A stretch of 64,000 bases of DNA, from positions 34,224,001-34,288,000 of the forward strand of contig OZ024758.1 of assembly GCA_964016885.1 (NCBI GenBank), read 5' to 3'. The notes under the pieces were generated by a model, which worked only from the letters and a program-made list of their open reading frames with translations, made no database searches and was not told the origin of the DNA. Position 1 is the stretch's first letter, and each line of letters starts with the position of its first letter. This stretch comes from Eledone cirrhosa (taxonomy: Eukaryota). Position numbers and translations under genes: made by a program. This document shows positions 1-12,700 of this stretch, piece after piece.

Positions 1-3000
1 TGGTACTAGCTGTCAGAAGTAACTCCACTGTTGGTGAGAATTCATTTAAGTTCATGGTACTAGCTGTCAGAAGTAACTCCACTGTTGGTGAGAATTCATT
101 TAAGTTCATGGTACTAGCTGTCAGAAGTAACTCCAATGTTGGTGAGAATTCATTTAAGTTCATGGTATTAGCTGTCAGAAGTAACTCCACTGTTGGTGAG
201 AATTCATTTAAGTTCATGGTACTAGCTGTCAGAAGTAACTCCACTGTTGGTGAGAATTCATTTAAGTTCATGGTATTAGCTGTCAGAAGTCACTCCAATG
301 TTGGTGAGAATTCATTTAAGTTCGTGGTATTAGCTGTCAGAAGTAACTCCACTGTTGGTGAGAATTCATTTAAGTTCATGGTATTAGCTGTCAGAAGTAA
401 CTCCACTGTTGGTGAGAATTCATTTAAGTTCATGGTATTAGCTGTCAGAAGTAACTCCACTGTTGGTGAGAATTCATTTAAGTTCATGGTATTAGCTGTC
501 AGAAGGAACTCCAATGTTGGTGAGAATTCATTTAAGTCATGGTACTAGCTGTCAGAAGTAACTCCACTGTTGGTGAGAATTCATTTAAGTTCATGGTACT
601 AGCTGTCAGAAGTAACTCCAATGTTGGTGAGAATTCATTTAAGTTCATGGTATTAGCTGTCAGAAGGAACTCCACTGTTGGTGAGAATTCATTTAAGTTC
701 ATGGTATTAGCTGTCAGAAGTAAGTCCACTGTTGGTGAGAATTCATTTAAGTTCATGGTACTAGTTGTCAGAAGTAACTCCACTGTTGGTAAGAATTCAT
801 TTTAGTTCATGGTATTAGTTGTCAGAAGTAACTCCACTGTTGGTGAGAATTCATTTAAGTCTTGGTATTAGTTGTCAGAAGTAACTCCAATGCTGGTGAG
901 AATTCATTTAAGTTCATGGTACTAGCTGTCAGAAGTAACTCCACTGTTGGTGAGAATTCATTTAAGTTCATGGTATTAGCTGTCAGAAGTAACTCCACTG
1001 TTGGTGAGAATTCATTTAAGTCATGGTATTAGCTGTCAGAAGTAACTCCATTGTTGGTGAGAATTCATTTAAGTCATGGTACTAGCTGTCAGAAGTAACT
1101 CCACTGTTGGTGAGAATTCATTTAAGTTCATGGTACTAGCTGTCAGAAGTAACTCCACTGTTGGTGAGAATTCATTTAAGTTCATGGTACTAGCTGTCAG
1201 AAGTAACTCCACTGTTGGTGAGAATTCATTTAAGTTCATGGTACTAGCTGTCAGAAGTAACTCCACTGTTGGTGAGAATTCATTTAAGTTCATGGTATTA
1301 GTTTGTCAGAAGTAACTCCACTGTTGGTGAGAATTCATTTAAGTCATGGTATTAGTTGTTACAAGTAACTCCAATGTTGGTGAGAATTCATTTAAGTCAT
1401 GGTACTAGCTGTCAGAAGTAACTCCAATGTTGGTGAGAATTCATTTACGTTCATGGTATTAGCTCTCAGAAGTAACTCCACTGTTGGTGAGAATGCATTT
1501 AAGTTCATGGTATTAGCTGTCAGAAGTAACTCCACTGTTGGTGAGAATTCATTTAAGTTCATGGTATTAGCTGTCAGAAGTAACTCCACTGTTGGTGAGA
1601 ATTCATTTAAGTTCATGGTATTAGCTGTCAGAAGGAACTCCAATGTTGGTGATAATTCATTTAAGTCATGGTACTAGCTGTCAGAAGTAACTCCACTGTT
1701 GGTGAGAATTCATTTAAGTTCATGGTATTAGCTGTCAGAAGTAACTCCACTGTTGGTGAGAATTCATTTAAGTTCATGGTACTAGCTGTCAGAAGTAACT
1801 CCACTGTTGGTGAGAATTCATTTAAGTCATGGTATTAGTTGTTACAAGTAACTCCAATGTTGGTGAGAATTCATTTAAGTCATGGTACTAGCTGTCAGAA
1901 GTAACTCCAATGTTGGTGAGAATTCATTTACGTTCATGGTATTAGCTCTCAGAAGTAACTCCACTGTTGGTGAGAATGCATTTAAGTTCATGGTATTAGC
2001 TGTCAGAAGTCACTCCACTGTTGGTGAGAATTCATTTAAGTTCATGGTATTAGCTGTCAGAAGTAACTCCACTGTTGGTGAGAATTCATTTAAGTTCATG
2101 GTATTAGCTGTCAGAAGGAACTCCAATGTTGGTGATAATTCATTTAAGTCATGGTACTAGCTGTCAGAAGTAACTCCACTGTTGGTGAGAATTCAATTAA
2201 GTTCATGGTATTAGCTGTCAGAAGTAACTCCACTGTTGGTGAGAATTCATTTAAGTTCATGGTACTAGCTGTCAGAAGTAACTCCACTGTTGGTGAGAAT
2301 TCATTTAAGTTCATGGTACTAGCTGTCAGAAGTAACTCCACTGTTGGTGAGAATTCATTTAAGTTCATGGTACTAGCTGTCAGAAGTAACTCCAATGTTG
2401 GTGAGAATTCATTTAAGTTCATGGTATTAGCTGTCAGAAGTAACTCCACTGTTGGTGAGAATTCATTTAAGTTCATGGTACTAGCTGTCAGAAGTAACTC
2501 CACTGTTGGTGAGAATTCATTTAAGTTCATGGTATTAGCTGTCAGAAGTCACTCCAATGTTGGTGAGAATTCATTTAAGTTCGTGGTATTAGCTGTCAGA
2601 AGTAACTCCACTGTTGGTGAGAATTCATTTAAGTTCATGGTATTAGCTGTCAGAAGTAACTCCACTGTTGGTGAGAATTCATTTAAGTTCATGGTATTAG
2701 CTGTCAGAAGTAACTCCACTGTTGGTGAGAATTCATTTAAGTTCATGGTATTAGCTGTCAGAAGGAACTCCAATGTTGGTGAGAATTCATTTAAGTCATG
2801 GTACTAGCTGTCAGAAGTAACTCCACTGTTGGTGAGAATTCATTTAAGTTCATGGTACTAGCTGTCAGAAGTAACTCCAATGTTGGTGAGAATTCATTTA
2901 AGTTCATGGTATTAGCTGTCAGAAGGAACTCCACTGTTGGTGAGAATTCATTTAAGTTCATGGTATTAGCTGTCAGAAGTAAGTCCACTGTTGGTGAGAA

Positions 3001-5110
3001 TTCATTTAAGTTCATGGTACTAGTTGTCAGAAGTAACTCCACTGTTGGTAAGAATTCATTTTAGTTCATGGTATTAGTTGTCAGAAGTAACTCCACTGTT
3101 GGTGAGAATTCATTTAAGTCTTGGTATTAGTTGTCAGAAGTAACTCCAATGCTGGTGAGAATTCATTTAAGTTCATGGTACTAGCTGTCAGAAGTAACTC
3201 CACTGTTGGTGAGAATTCATTTAAGTTCATGGTATTAGCTGTCAGAAGTAACTCCACTGTTGGTGAGAATTCATTTAAGTCATGGTATTAGCTGTCAGAA
3301 GTAACTCCATTGTTGGTGAGAATTCATTTAAGTCATGGTACTAGCTGTCAGAAGTAACTCCACTGTTGGTGAGAATTCATTTAAGTTCATGGTACTAGCT
3401 GTCAGAAGTAACTCCACTGTTGGTGAGAATTCATTTAAGTTCATGGTACTAGCTGTCAGAAGTAACTCCACTGTTGGTGAGAATTCATTTAAGTTCATGG
3501 TACTAGCTGTCAGAAGTAACTCCACTGTTGGTGAGAATTCATTTAAGTTCATGGTATTAGTTTGTCAGAAGTAACTCCACTGTTGGTGAGAATTCATTTA
3601 AGTCATGGTATTAGTTGTTACAAGTAACTCCAATGTTGGTGAGAATTCATTTAAGTCATGGTACTAGCTGTCAGAAGTAACTCCAATGTTGGTGAGAATT
3701 CATTTACGTTCATGGTATTAGCTCTCAGAAGTAACTCCACTGTTGGTGAGAATGCATTTAAGTTCATGGTATTAGCTGTCAGAAGTAACTCCACTGTTGG
3801 TGAGAATTCATTTAAGTTCATGGTATTAGCTGTCAGAAGTAACTCCACTGTTGGTGAGAATTCATTTAAGTTCATGGTATTAGCTGTCAGAAGGAACTCC
3901 AATGTTGGTGATAATTCATTTAAGTCATGGTACTAGCTGTCAGAAGTAACTCCACTGTTGGTGAGAATTCATTTAAGTTCATGGTATTAGCTGTCAGAAG
4001 TAACTCCACTGTTGGTGAGAATTCATTTAAGTTCATGGTACTAGCTGTCAGAAGTAACTCCACTGTTGGTGAGAATTCATTTAAGTTCATGGTACTAGCT
4101 GTCAGAAGTAACTCCACTGTTGGTGAGAATTCATTTAAGTTCATGGTACTAGCTGTCAGAAGTAACTCCAATGTTGGTGAGAATTCATTTAAGTTCATGG
4201 TATTAGCTGTCAGAAGTAACTCCACTGTTGGTGAGAATTCATTTAAGTTCATGGTACTAGCTGTCAGAAGTAACTCCACTGTTGGTGAGAATTCATTTAA
4301 GTTCATGGTATTAGCTGTCAGAAGTCACTCCAATGTTGGTGAGAATTCATTTAAGTTCGTGGTATTAGCTGTCAGAAGTAACTCCACTGTTGGTGAGAAT
4401 TCATTTAAGTTCATGGTATTAGCTGTCAGAAGTAACTCCACTGTTGGTGAGAATTCATTTAAGTTCATGGTATTAGCTGTCAGAAGTAACTCCACTGTTG
4501 GTGAGAATTCATTTAAGTTCATGGTATTAGCTGTCAGAAGGAACTCCAATGTTGGTGAGAATTCATTTAAGTCATGGTACTAGCTGTCAGAAGTAACTCC
4601 ACTGTTGGTGAGAATTCATTTAAGTTCATGGTACTAGCTGTCAGAAGTAACTCCAATGTTGGTGAGAATTCATTTAAGTTCATGGTATTAGCTGTCAGAA
4701 GGAACTCCACTGTTGGTGAGAATTCATTTAAGTTCATGGTATTAGCTGTCAGAAGTAAGTCCACTGTTGGTGAGAATTCATTTAAGTTCATGGTACTAGT
4801 TGTCAGAAGTAACTCCACTGTTGGTAAGAATTCATTTTAGTTCATGGTATTAGTTGTCAGAAGTAACTCCACTGTTGGTGAGAATTCATTTAAGTCTTGG
4901 TATTAGTTGTCAGAAGTAACTCCAATGCTGGTGAGAATTCATTTAAGTTCATGGTACTAGCTGTCAGAAGTAACTCCACTGTTGGTGAGAATTCATTTAA
5001 GTTCATGGTATTAGCTGTCAGAAGTAACTCCACTGTTGGTGAGAATTCATTTAAGTCATGGTATTAGCTGTCAGAAGTAACTCCATTGTTGGTGAGAATT
5101 CATTTAAGTC
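1..5110. repeat. Higher-order repeat, 33-monomer unit (1776 bp), ~2.6 copies, with an extra 9-monomer (483 bp) duplication at 1346-1828/1829-2311
   Basis: Matching ORF-track patterns recur at offset 2259 (539/2798, 1076/3335, 1399/3658), 1776 (2151/3927, 2798/4574) and 483 (1399/1882), and 2259 = 1776 + 483. Rare variants GTTGTTACAAG (monomers starting 1346, 1829, 3605) and GGTGATAATTC (~1651, ~2134, ~3910) are confined to this block. Confidence 0.85.
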
Positions 5111-5380
5111 ATGGTACTAGCTGTCAGAAGTAACTCCAATGTTGATGAGAATTCATTTAAGTTCATGGTATTAGCTGTCAGAAGTAACTCCACTGTTGGT
5201 GAGAATTCATTTAAGTTCATGGTATTAGCTGTCAGAAGTAACTCCACTGTTGGTGAGAATTCATTTAAGTTCATGGTACTAGCTGTCAGAAGTAACTCCA
5301 CTGTTGGTGAGAATTCATTTAAGTTCATGGTATTAGTTTGTCAGAAGTAACTCCACTGTTGGTGAGAATTCATTTAAGTC

Positions 5381-8300
5381 ATGCTATTAGTTGTCAGAAG
5401 TAACTCCAATGTTGCTGAGAATTCATTTAAGTTCATGGTATTAGCTGTCAGAAGTAACTCCACTGTTGGTGAGAATTCATTTAAGTTCATGGTATTAGCT
5501 GTCAGAAGTAACTCCACTGTTGGTGAGAATTCATTTAAGTCATGGTATTAGCTGTCAGAAGTAACTCCATTGTTGGTGAGAATTCATTTAAGTCATGGTA
5601 CTAGCTGTCAGAAGTAACTCCACTGTTGGTGAGAATTCATTTAAGTTCATGGTACTAGCTGTCAGAAGTAACTCCACTGTTGGTGAGAATTCATTTAAGT
5701 TCATGGTACTAGCTGTCAGAAGTAACTCCACTGTTGGTGAGAATTCATTTAAGTTCATGGTACTAGCTGTCAGAAGTAACTCCACTGTTGGTGAGAATTC
5801 ATTTAAGTTCAAGGTATTAGTTTGTCAGAAGTAACTCCACTGTTGGTGAGAATTCATTTAAGTCATGGTATTAGTTGTCAGAAGTAACTCCAATGTTGGT
5901 GAGAATTCATTTAAGTCATGGTACTAGCTGTCAGAAGTAACTCCAATGTTGGTGAGAATTCATTTACGTTCATGGTATTAGCTCTCAGAAGTAACTCCAC
6001 TGTTGGTGAGAATTCATTTAGGTTCATGGTATTAGCTGTCAGAAGTAACTCCACTGTTGGTGAGAATTCATTTAAGTTCATGGTATTAGCTGTCAGAAGT
6101 AACTCCACTGTTGGTGAGAATTCATTTAAGTTCATGGTATTAGCTGTCAGAAGGAACTCCAATGTTGGTGAGAATTCATTTAAGTCATGGTACTAGCTGT
6201 CAGAAGTAACTCCACTGTTGGTGAGAATTCATTTAAGTTCATGTTATTAGCTGTCAGAAGGAACGCCACTGTTGGTGAGAATTCATTTAAGTTCATGGTA
6301 TTAGCTGTCAGAAGTAACTCCACTGTTGGTGAGAATTCATTTAAGTCATGGTACTAGCTGTCAGAAGTAACTCCAATGTTGATGAGAATTCATTTAAGTT
6401 CATGGTATTAGCTGTCAGAAGTAACTCCACTGTTGGTGAGAATTCATTTAAGTTCATGGTATTAGCTGTCAGAAGTAACTCCACTGTTGGTGAGAATTCA
6501 TTTAAGTTCATGGTACTAGCTGTCATAAGTAACTCCACTGTTGGTGAGAATTCATTTAAGTTCATGGTATTAGTTTGTCAGAAGTAACTCCACTGTTGGT
6601 GAGAATTCATTTAAGTCATGGTATTAGTTGTCAGAAGTAGCTCCACTGTTGGTGAGAATTCATTTAAGTTCATGGTATTAGCTGTCAGAAGTAACTCCAC
6701 TGTTGGTGAGAATTCATTTAAGTCATGGTATTAGCTGTCAGAAGTAACTCCATTGTTGGTGAGAATTCATTTAAGTCATGGTACTAGCTGTCAGAAGTAA
6801 CTCCACTGTTGGTGAGAATTCATTTAAGTTCATGGTACTAGCTGTCAGAAGTAACTCCACTGTTGGTGAGAATTCATTTAAGTTCATGGTACTAGCTGTC
6901 AGAAGTAACTCCACTGTTGGTGAGAATTCATTTAAGTTCATGGTACTAGCTGTCAGAAGTAACTCCACTGTTGGTGAGAATTCATTTAAGTTCATGGTAT
7001 TAGTTTGTCAGAAGTAACTCCACTGTTGGTGAGAATTCATTTAAGTCATGGTATTAGTTGTCACAAGTAACTCCAATGTTGGTGAGAATTCATTTAAGTC
7101 ATGGTACTAGCTGTCAGAAGTAACTCCAATGTTGGTGAGAATTCATTTACGTTCATGGTATTAGCTCTCAGAAGTAACTCCACTGTTGGTGAGAATGCAT
7201 TTAAGTTCATGGTATTAGCTGTCAGAAGTAACTCCACTGTTGGTGAGAATTCATTTAAGTTCATGGTATTAGCTGTCAGAAGTAACTCCACTGTTGGTGA
7301 GAATTCATTTAAGTTCATGGTATTAGCTGTCAGAAGGAACTCCAATGTTGGTGAGAATTCATTTAAGTCATGGTACTAGCTGTCAGAAGTAACTCCACTG
7401 TTGGTGAGAATTCATTTAAGTTCATGGTATTAGCTGTCAGAAGTAACTCCACTGTTGGTGAGAATTCATTTAAGTTCATGGTACTAGCTGTCAGAAGTAA
7501 CTCCACTGTTGGTGAGAATTCATTTAAGTTCGTGGTATTAGCTGTCAGAAGTAACTCCACTGTTGGTGAGAATTCATTTAAGTCATGCTATTAGTTGTCA
7601 GAAGTAACTCCAATGTTGCTGAGAATTCATTTAAGTTCATGGTATTAGCTGTCAGAAGTAACTCCACTGTTGGTGAGAATTCATTTAAGTTCATGGTATT
7701 AGCTGTCAGAAGTAACTCCACTGTTGGTGAGAATTCATTTAAGTCATGGTATTAGCTGTCAGAAGTAACTCCATTGCTGGTGAGAATTCATTTAAGTCAT
7801 GGTACTAGCTGTCAGAAGTAACTCCACTGTTGGTGAGAATTCATTTAAGTTCATGGTACTAGCTGTCAGAAGTAACACCACTGTTGGTGAGAATTCATTT
7901 AAGTTCATGGTACTAGCTGTCAGAAGTAACTCCACTGTTGGTGAGAATTCATTTAAGTTCATGGTACTAGCTGTCAGAAGTAACTCCACTGTTGGTGAGA
8001 ATTCATTTAAGTTCAAGGTATTAGTTTGTCAGAAGTAACTCCACTGTTGGTGAGAATTCATTTAAGTCATGGTATTAGTTGTCAGAAGTAACTCCAATGT
8101 TGGTGAGAATTCATTTAAGTCATGGTACTAGCTGTCAGAAGTAACTCCAATGTTGGTGAGAATTCATTTACGTTCATGGTATTAGCTCTCAGAAGTAACT
8201 CCACTGTTGGTGAGAATTCATTTAGGTTCATGGTATTAGCTGTCAGAAGTAACTCCACTGTTGGTGAGAATTCATTTAAGTTCATGGTATTAGCTGTCAG

Positions 8301-9788
8301 AAGTAACTCCACTGTTGGTGAGAATTCATTTAAGTTCATGGTATTAGCTGTCAGAAGGAACTCCAATGTTGGTGAGAATTCATTTAAGTCATGGTACTAG
8401 CTGTCAGAAGTAACTCCACTGTTGGTGAGAATTCATTTAAGTTCATGTTATTAGCTGTCAGAAGGAACGCCACTGTTGGTGAGAATTCATTTAAGTTCAT
8501 GGTATTAGCTGTCAGAAGTAACTCCACTGTTGGTGAGAATTCATTTAAGTCATGGTACTAGCTGTCAGAAGTAACTCCAATGTTGATGAGAATTCATTTA
8601 AGTTCATGGTATTAGCTGTCAGAAGTAACTCCACTGTTGGTGAGAATTCATTTAAGTTCATGGTATTAGCTGTCAGAAGTAACTCCACTGTTGGTGAGAA
8701 TTCATTTAAGTTCATGGTACTAGCTGTCATAAGTAACTCCACTGTTGGTGAGAATTCATTTAAGTTCATGGTATTAGTTTGTCAGAAGTAACTCCACTGT
8801 TGGTGAGAATTCATTTAAGTCATGGTATTAGTTGTCAGAAGTAGCTCCACTGTTGGTGAGAATTCATTTAAGTTCATGGTATTAGCTGTCAGAAGTAACT
8901 CCACTGTTGGTGAGAATTCATTTAAGTCATGGTATTAGCTGTCAGAAGTAACTCCATTGTTGGTGAGAATTCATTTAAGTCATGGTACTAGCTGTCAGAA
9001 GTAACTCCACTGTTGGTGAGAATTCATTTAAGTTCATGGTACTAGCTGTCAGAAGTAACTCCACTGTTGGTGAGAATTCATTTAAGTTCATGGTACTAGC
9101 TGTCAGAAGTAACTCCACTGTTGGTGAGAATTCATTTAAGTTCATGGTACTAGCTGTCAGAAGTAACTCCACTGTTGGTGAGAATTCATTTAAGTTCATG
9201 GTATTAGTTTGTCAGAAGTAACTCCACTGTTGGTGAGAATTCATTTAAGTCATGGTATTAGTTGTCACAAGTAACTCCAATGTTGGTGAGAATTCATTTA
9301 AGTCATGGTACTAGCTGTCAGAAGTAACTCCAATGTTGGTGAGAATTCATTTACGTTCATGGTATTAGCTCTCAGAAGTAACTCCACTGTTGGTGAGAAT
9401 GCATTTAAGTTCATGGTATTAGCTGTCAGAAGTAACTCCACTGTTGGTGAGAATTCATTTAAGTTCATGGTATTAGCTGTCAGAAGTAACTCCACTGTTG
9501 GTGAGAATTCATTTAAGTTCATGGTATTAGCTGTCAGAAGGAACTCCAATGTTGGTGAGAATTCATTTAAGTCATGGTACTAGCTGTCAGAAGTAACTCC
9601 ACTGTTGGTGAGAATTCATTTAAGTTCATGGTATTAGCTGTCAGAAGTAACTCCACTGTTGGTGAGAATTCATTTAAGTTCATGGTACTAGCTGTCAGAA
9701 GTAACTCCACTGTTGGTGAGAATTCATTTAAGTTCGTGGTATTAGCTGTCAGAAGTAACTCCACTGTTGGTGAGAATTCATTTAAGTT
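5381..9788. repeat. Tandem duplication of a 41-monomer unit (2204 bp x2)
   Basis: Offset 2204 for ORF pairs 5595/7799, 5918/8122, 6348/8552, 6778/8982, 7101/9305, 7370/9574. Shared variants ATGCTATTAG (5381/7585), TTTAGGTTC, GTCATAAG and AGTAGCTCC. Confidence 0.88.
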
Positions 9789-12700
9789 CATGGTATTAGC
9801 TGTCAGAAGTAACTCCACTGTTGGTGAGAATTCATTTAAGTTCATGGTATTAGCTGTCAGAAGTAACTCCACTGTTGGTGAGAATTCATTTAAGTTCATG
9901 GTATTAGCTGTCAGAAGGAACTCCAATGTTGGTGAGAATTCATTTAAGTAATGGTACTAGCTGTCAGAAGTAACTCCACTGTTGGTGAGAATTCATTTAA
10001 GTTCATGGAACTAGCTGTCAGAAGTAACTCCAATGTTGGTGAGAATTCATTTAAGTTCATGGTATTAGCTGTCAGAAGGAACTCCACTGTTGGTGAGAAT
10101 TCATTTAAGTTCATGGTATTAGCTGTCAGAAGTAAGTCCACTGTTGGTGAGAATTCATTTAAGTTCATGGTACTAGTTGTCAGAAGTAACTCCACTGTTG
10201 GTAAGAATTCATTTTAGTTCATGGTATTAGTTGTCAGAAGTAACTCCACTGTTGGTGAGAATTCATTTAAGTCTTGGTATTAGTTGTCAGAAGTAACTCC
10301 AATGCTGGTGAGAATTCATTTAAGTTCATGGTACTAGCTGTCAGAAGTAACTCCACTGTTGGTGAGAATTCATTTAAGTTCATGGTATTAGCTGTCAGAA
10401 GTAACTCCACTGTTGGTGAGAATTCATTTAAGTCATGGTATTAGCTGTCAGAAGTAACTCCATTGTTGGTGAGAATTCATTTAAGTCATGGTACTAGCTG
10501 TCAGAAGTAACTCCAATGTTGATGAGAATTCATTTAAGTTCATGGTATTAGCTGTCAGAAGTAACTCCACTGTTGGTGAGAATTCATTTAAGTTCATGGT
10601 ATTAGCTGTCAGAAGTAACTCCACTGTTGGTGAGAACTCATTTAAGTTCATGGTACTAGCTGTCAGAAGTAACTCCACTGTTGGTGAGAATTCATTTAAG
10701 TTCATGGTATTAGTTTGTCAGAAGTAACTCCACTGTTGGTGAGAATTCATTTAAGTCATGCTATTAGTTGTCAGAAGTAACTCCAATGTTGCTGAGAATT
10801 CATTTAAGTTCATGGTATTAGCTGTCAGAAGTAACTCCACTGTTGGTGAGAATTCATTTAAGTTCATGGTATTAGCTGTCAGAAGTAACTCCACTGTTGG
10901 TGAGAATTCATTTAAGTCATGGTATTAGCTGTCAGAAGTAACTCCATTGTTGGTGAGAATTCATTTAAGTCATGGTACTAGCTGTCAGAAGTAACTCCAC
11001 TGTTGGTGAGAATTCATTTAAGTTCATGGTACTAGCTGTCAGAAGTAACTCCACTGTTGGTGAGAATTCATTTAAGTTCATGGTACTAGCTGTCAGAAGT
11101 AACTCCACTGTTGGTGAGAATTCATTTAAGTTCATGGTACTAGCTGTCAGAAGTAACTCCACTGTTGGTGAGAATTCATTTAAGTTCAAGGTATTAGTTT
11201 GTCAGAAGTAACTCCACTGTTGGTGAGAATTCATTTATGTCATGGTATTAGTTGTCAGAAGTAACTCCAATGTTGGTGAGAATTCATTTAATTCATGGTA
11301 CTAGCTGTCAGAAGTAACTCCAATGTTGGTGAGAATTCATTTACGTTCATGGTATTAGCTCTCAGAAGTAACTCCACTGTTGGTGAGAATTCATTTAAGT
11401 TCATGGTATTAGCTGTCAGAAGTAACTCCACTGTTGGTGAGAATTCATTTAAGTTCATGGTATTAGCTGTCAGAAGTAACTCCACTGTTGGTGAGAATTC
11501 ATTTAAGTTCATGGTATTAGCTGTCAGAAGGAACTCCAATGTTGGTGAGAATTCATTTAAGTCATGGTACTAGCTGTCAGAAGTAACTCCACTGTTGGTG
11601 AGAATTCATTTAAGTTCATGTTATTAGCTGTCAGAAGGAACGCCACTGTTGGTGAGAATTCATTTAAGTTCATGGTATTAGCTGTCAGAAGTAACTCCAC
11701 TGTTGGTGAGAATTCATTTAAGTCTTGGTATTAGTTGTCAGAAGTAACTCCAATGTTGGTGAGAATTCATTTAAGTTCATGGTACTAGCTGTCAGAAGTA
11801 ACTCCACTGTTGGTGAGAATTCATTTAAGTTCATGGTATTAGCTGTCAGAAGTAACTCCACTGTTGGTGAGAATTCATTTAAGTCATGGTATTAGCTGTC
11901 AGAAGTAACTCCATTGTTGGTGAGAATTCATTTAAGTCATGGTACTAGCTGTCAGAAGTAACTCCAATGTTGATGAGAATTCATTTAAGTTCATGGTATT
12001 AGCTGTCAGAAGTAACTCCACTGTTGGTGAGAATTCATTTAAGTTCATGGTATTAGCTGTCAGAAGTAACTCCACTGTTGGTGAGAATTCATTTAAGTTC
12101 ATGGTACTAGCTGTCAGAAGTAACTCCACTGTTGGTGAGAATTCATTTAAGTTCATGGTATTAGTTTGTCAGAAGTAACTCCACTGTTGGTGAGAATTCA
12201 TTTAAGTCATGGTATTAGTTTTCAGAAGTAACTCCAATGTTGCTGAGAATTCATTTAAGTTCATGGTATTAGCTGTCAGAAGTAACTCCACTGTTGGTGA
12301 GAATTCATTTAAGTTCATGGTATTAGCTGTCAGAAGTAACTCCACTGTTGGTGAGAATTCATTTAAGTCATGGTATTAGCTGTCAGAAGTAACTCCATTG
12401 TTGGTGAGAATTCATTTAAGTCATGGTATTAGTTGTCAGAAGTAACCCCAATGTTGGTGAGAATTCATTTAAGTCATGGTACTAGCTGTCAGAAGTAACT
12501 CCAATGTTGGTGAGCATTCATTTAAGTTCATGGTATTAGCTGTCAGAAGTAACTCCACTGTTGGTGAGAATTCATTTAAGTTCATGGTATTAGCTGTCAG
12601 AAGTAACTCCACTGTTGGTGAGAATTCATTTAAGTTCACGGTACTAGCTGTCAGAAGTAACTCCACTGTTGGTGAGAATTCATTTAAGTTCATGGTATTA

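Noticed and set aside
75-100. Hairpin or palindrome (CTCCA-CTGT-TGG.GAG; TGA-GAAT-TCA; GAATTC) as a structured RNA, terminator or recombination site
   Set aside because: Stems are only 3-5 bp with bulges, there is no compensatory covariation among variants, and there is no U-tract context. Such matches are expected by chance.
54-107. Resemblance of the repeat peptides to fibronectin type III (F.VLAV...GE.S) or cadherin (N.NEFSP) motifs
   Set aside because: These are superficial matches of a few residues. Those domains are ~90-110 aa and cannot be built from an 18-aa repeat.
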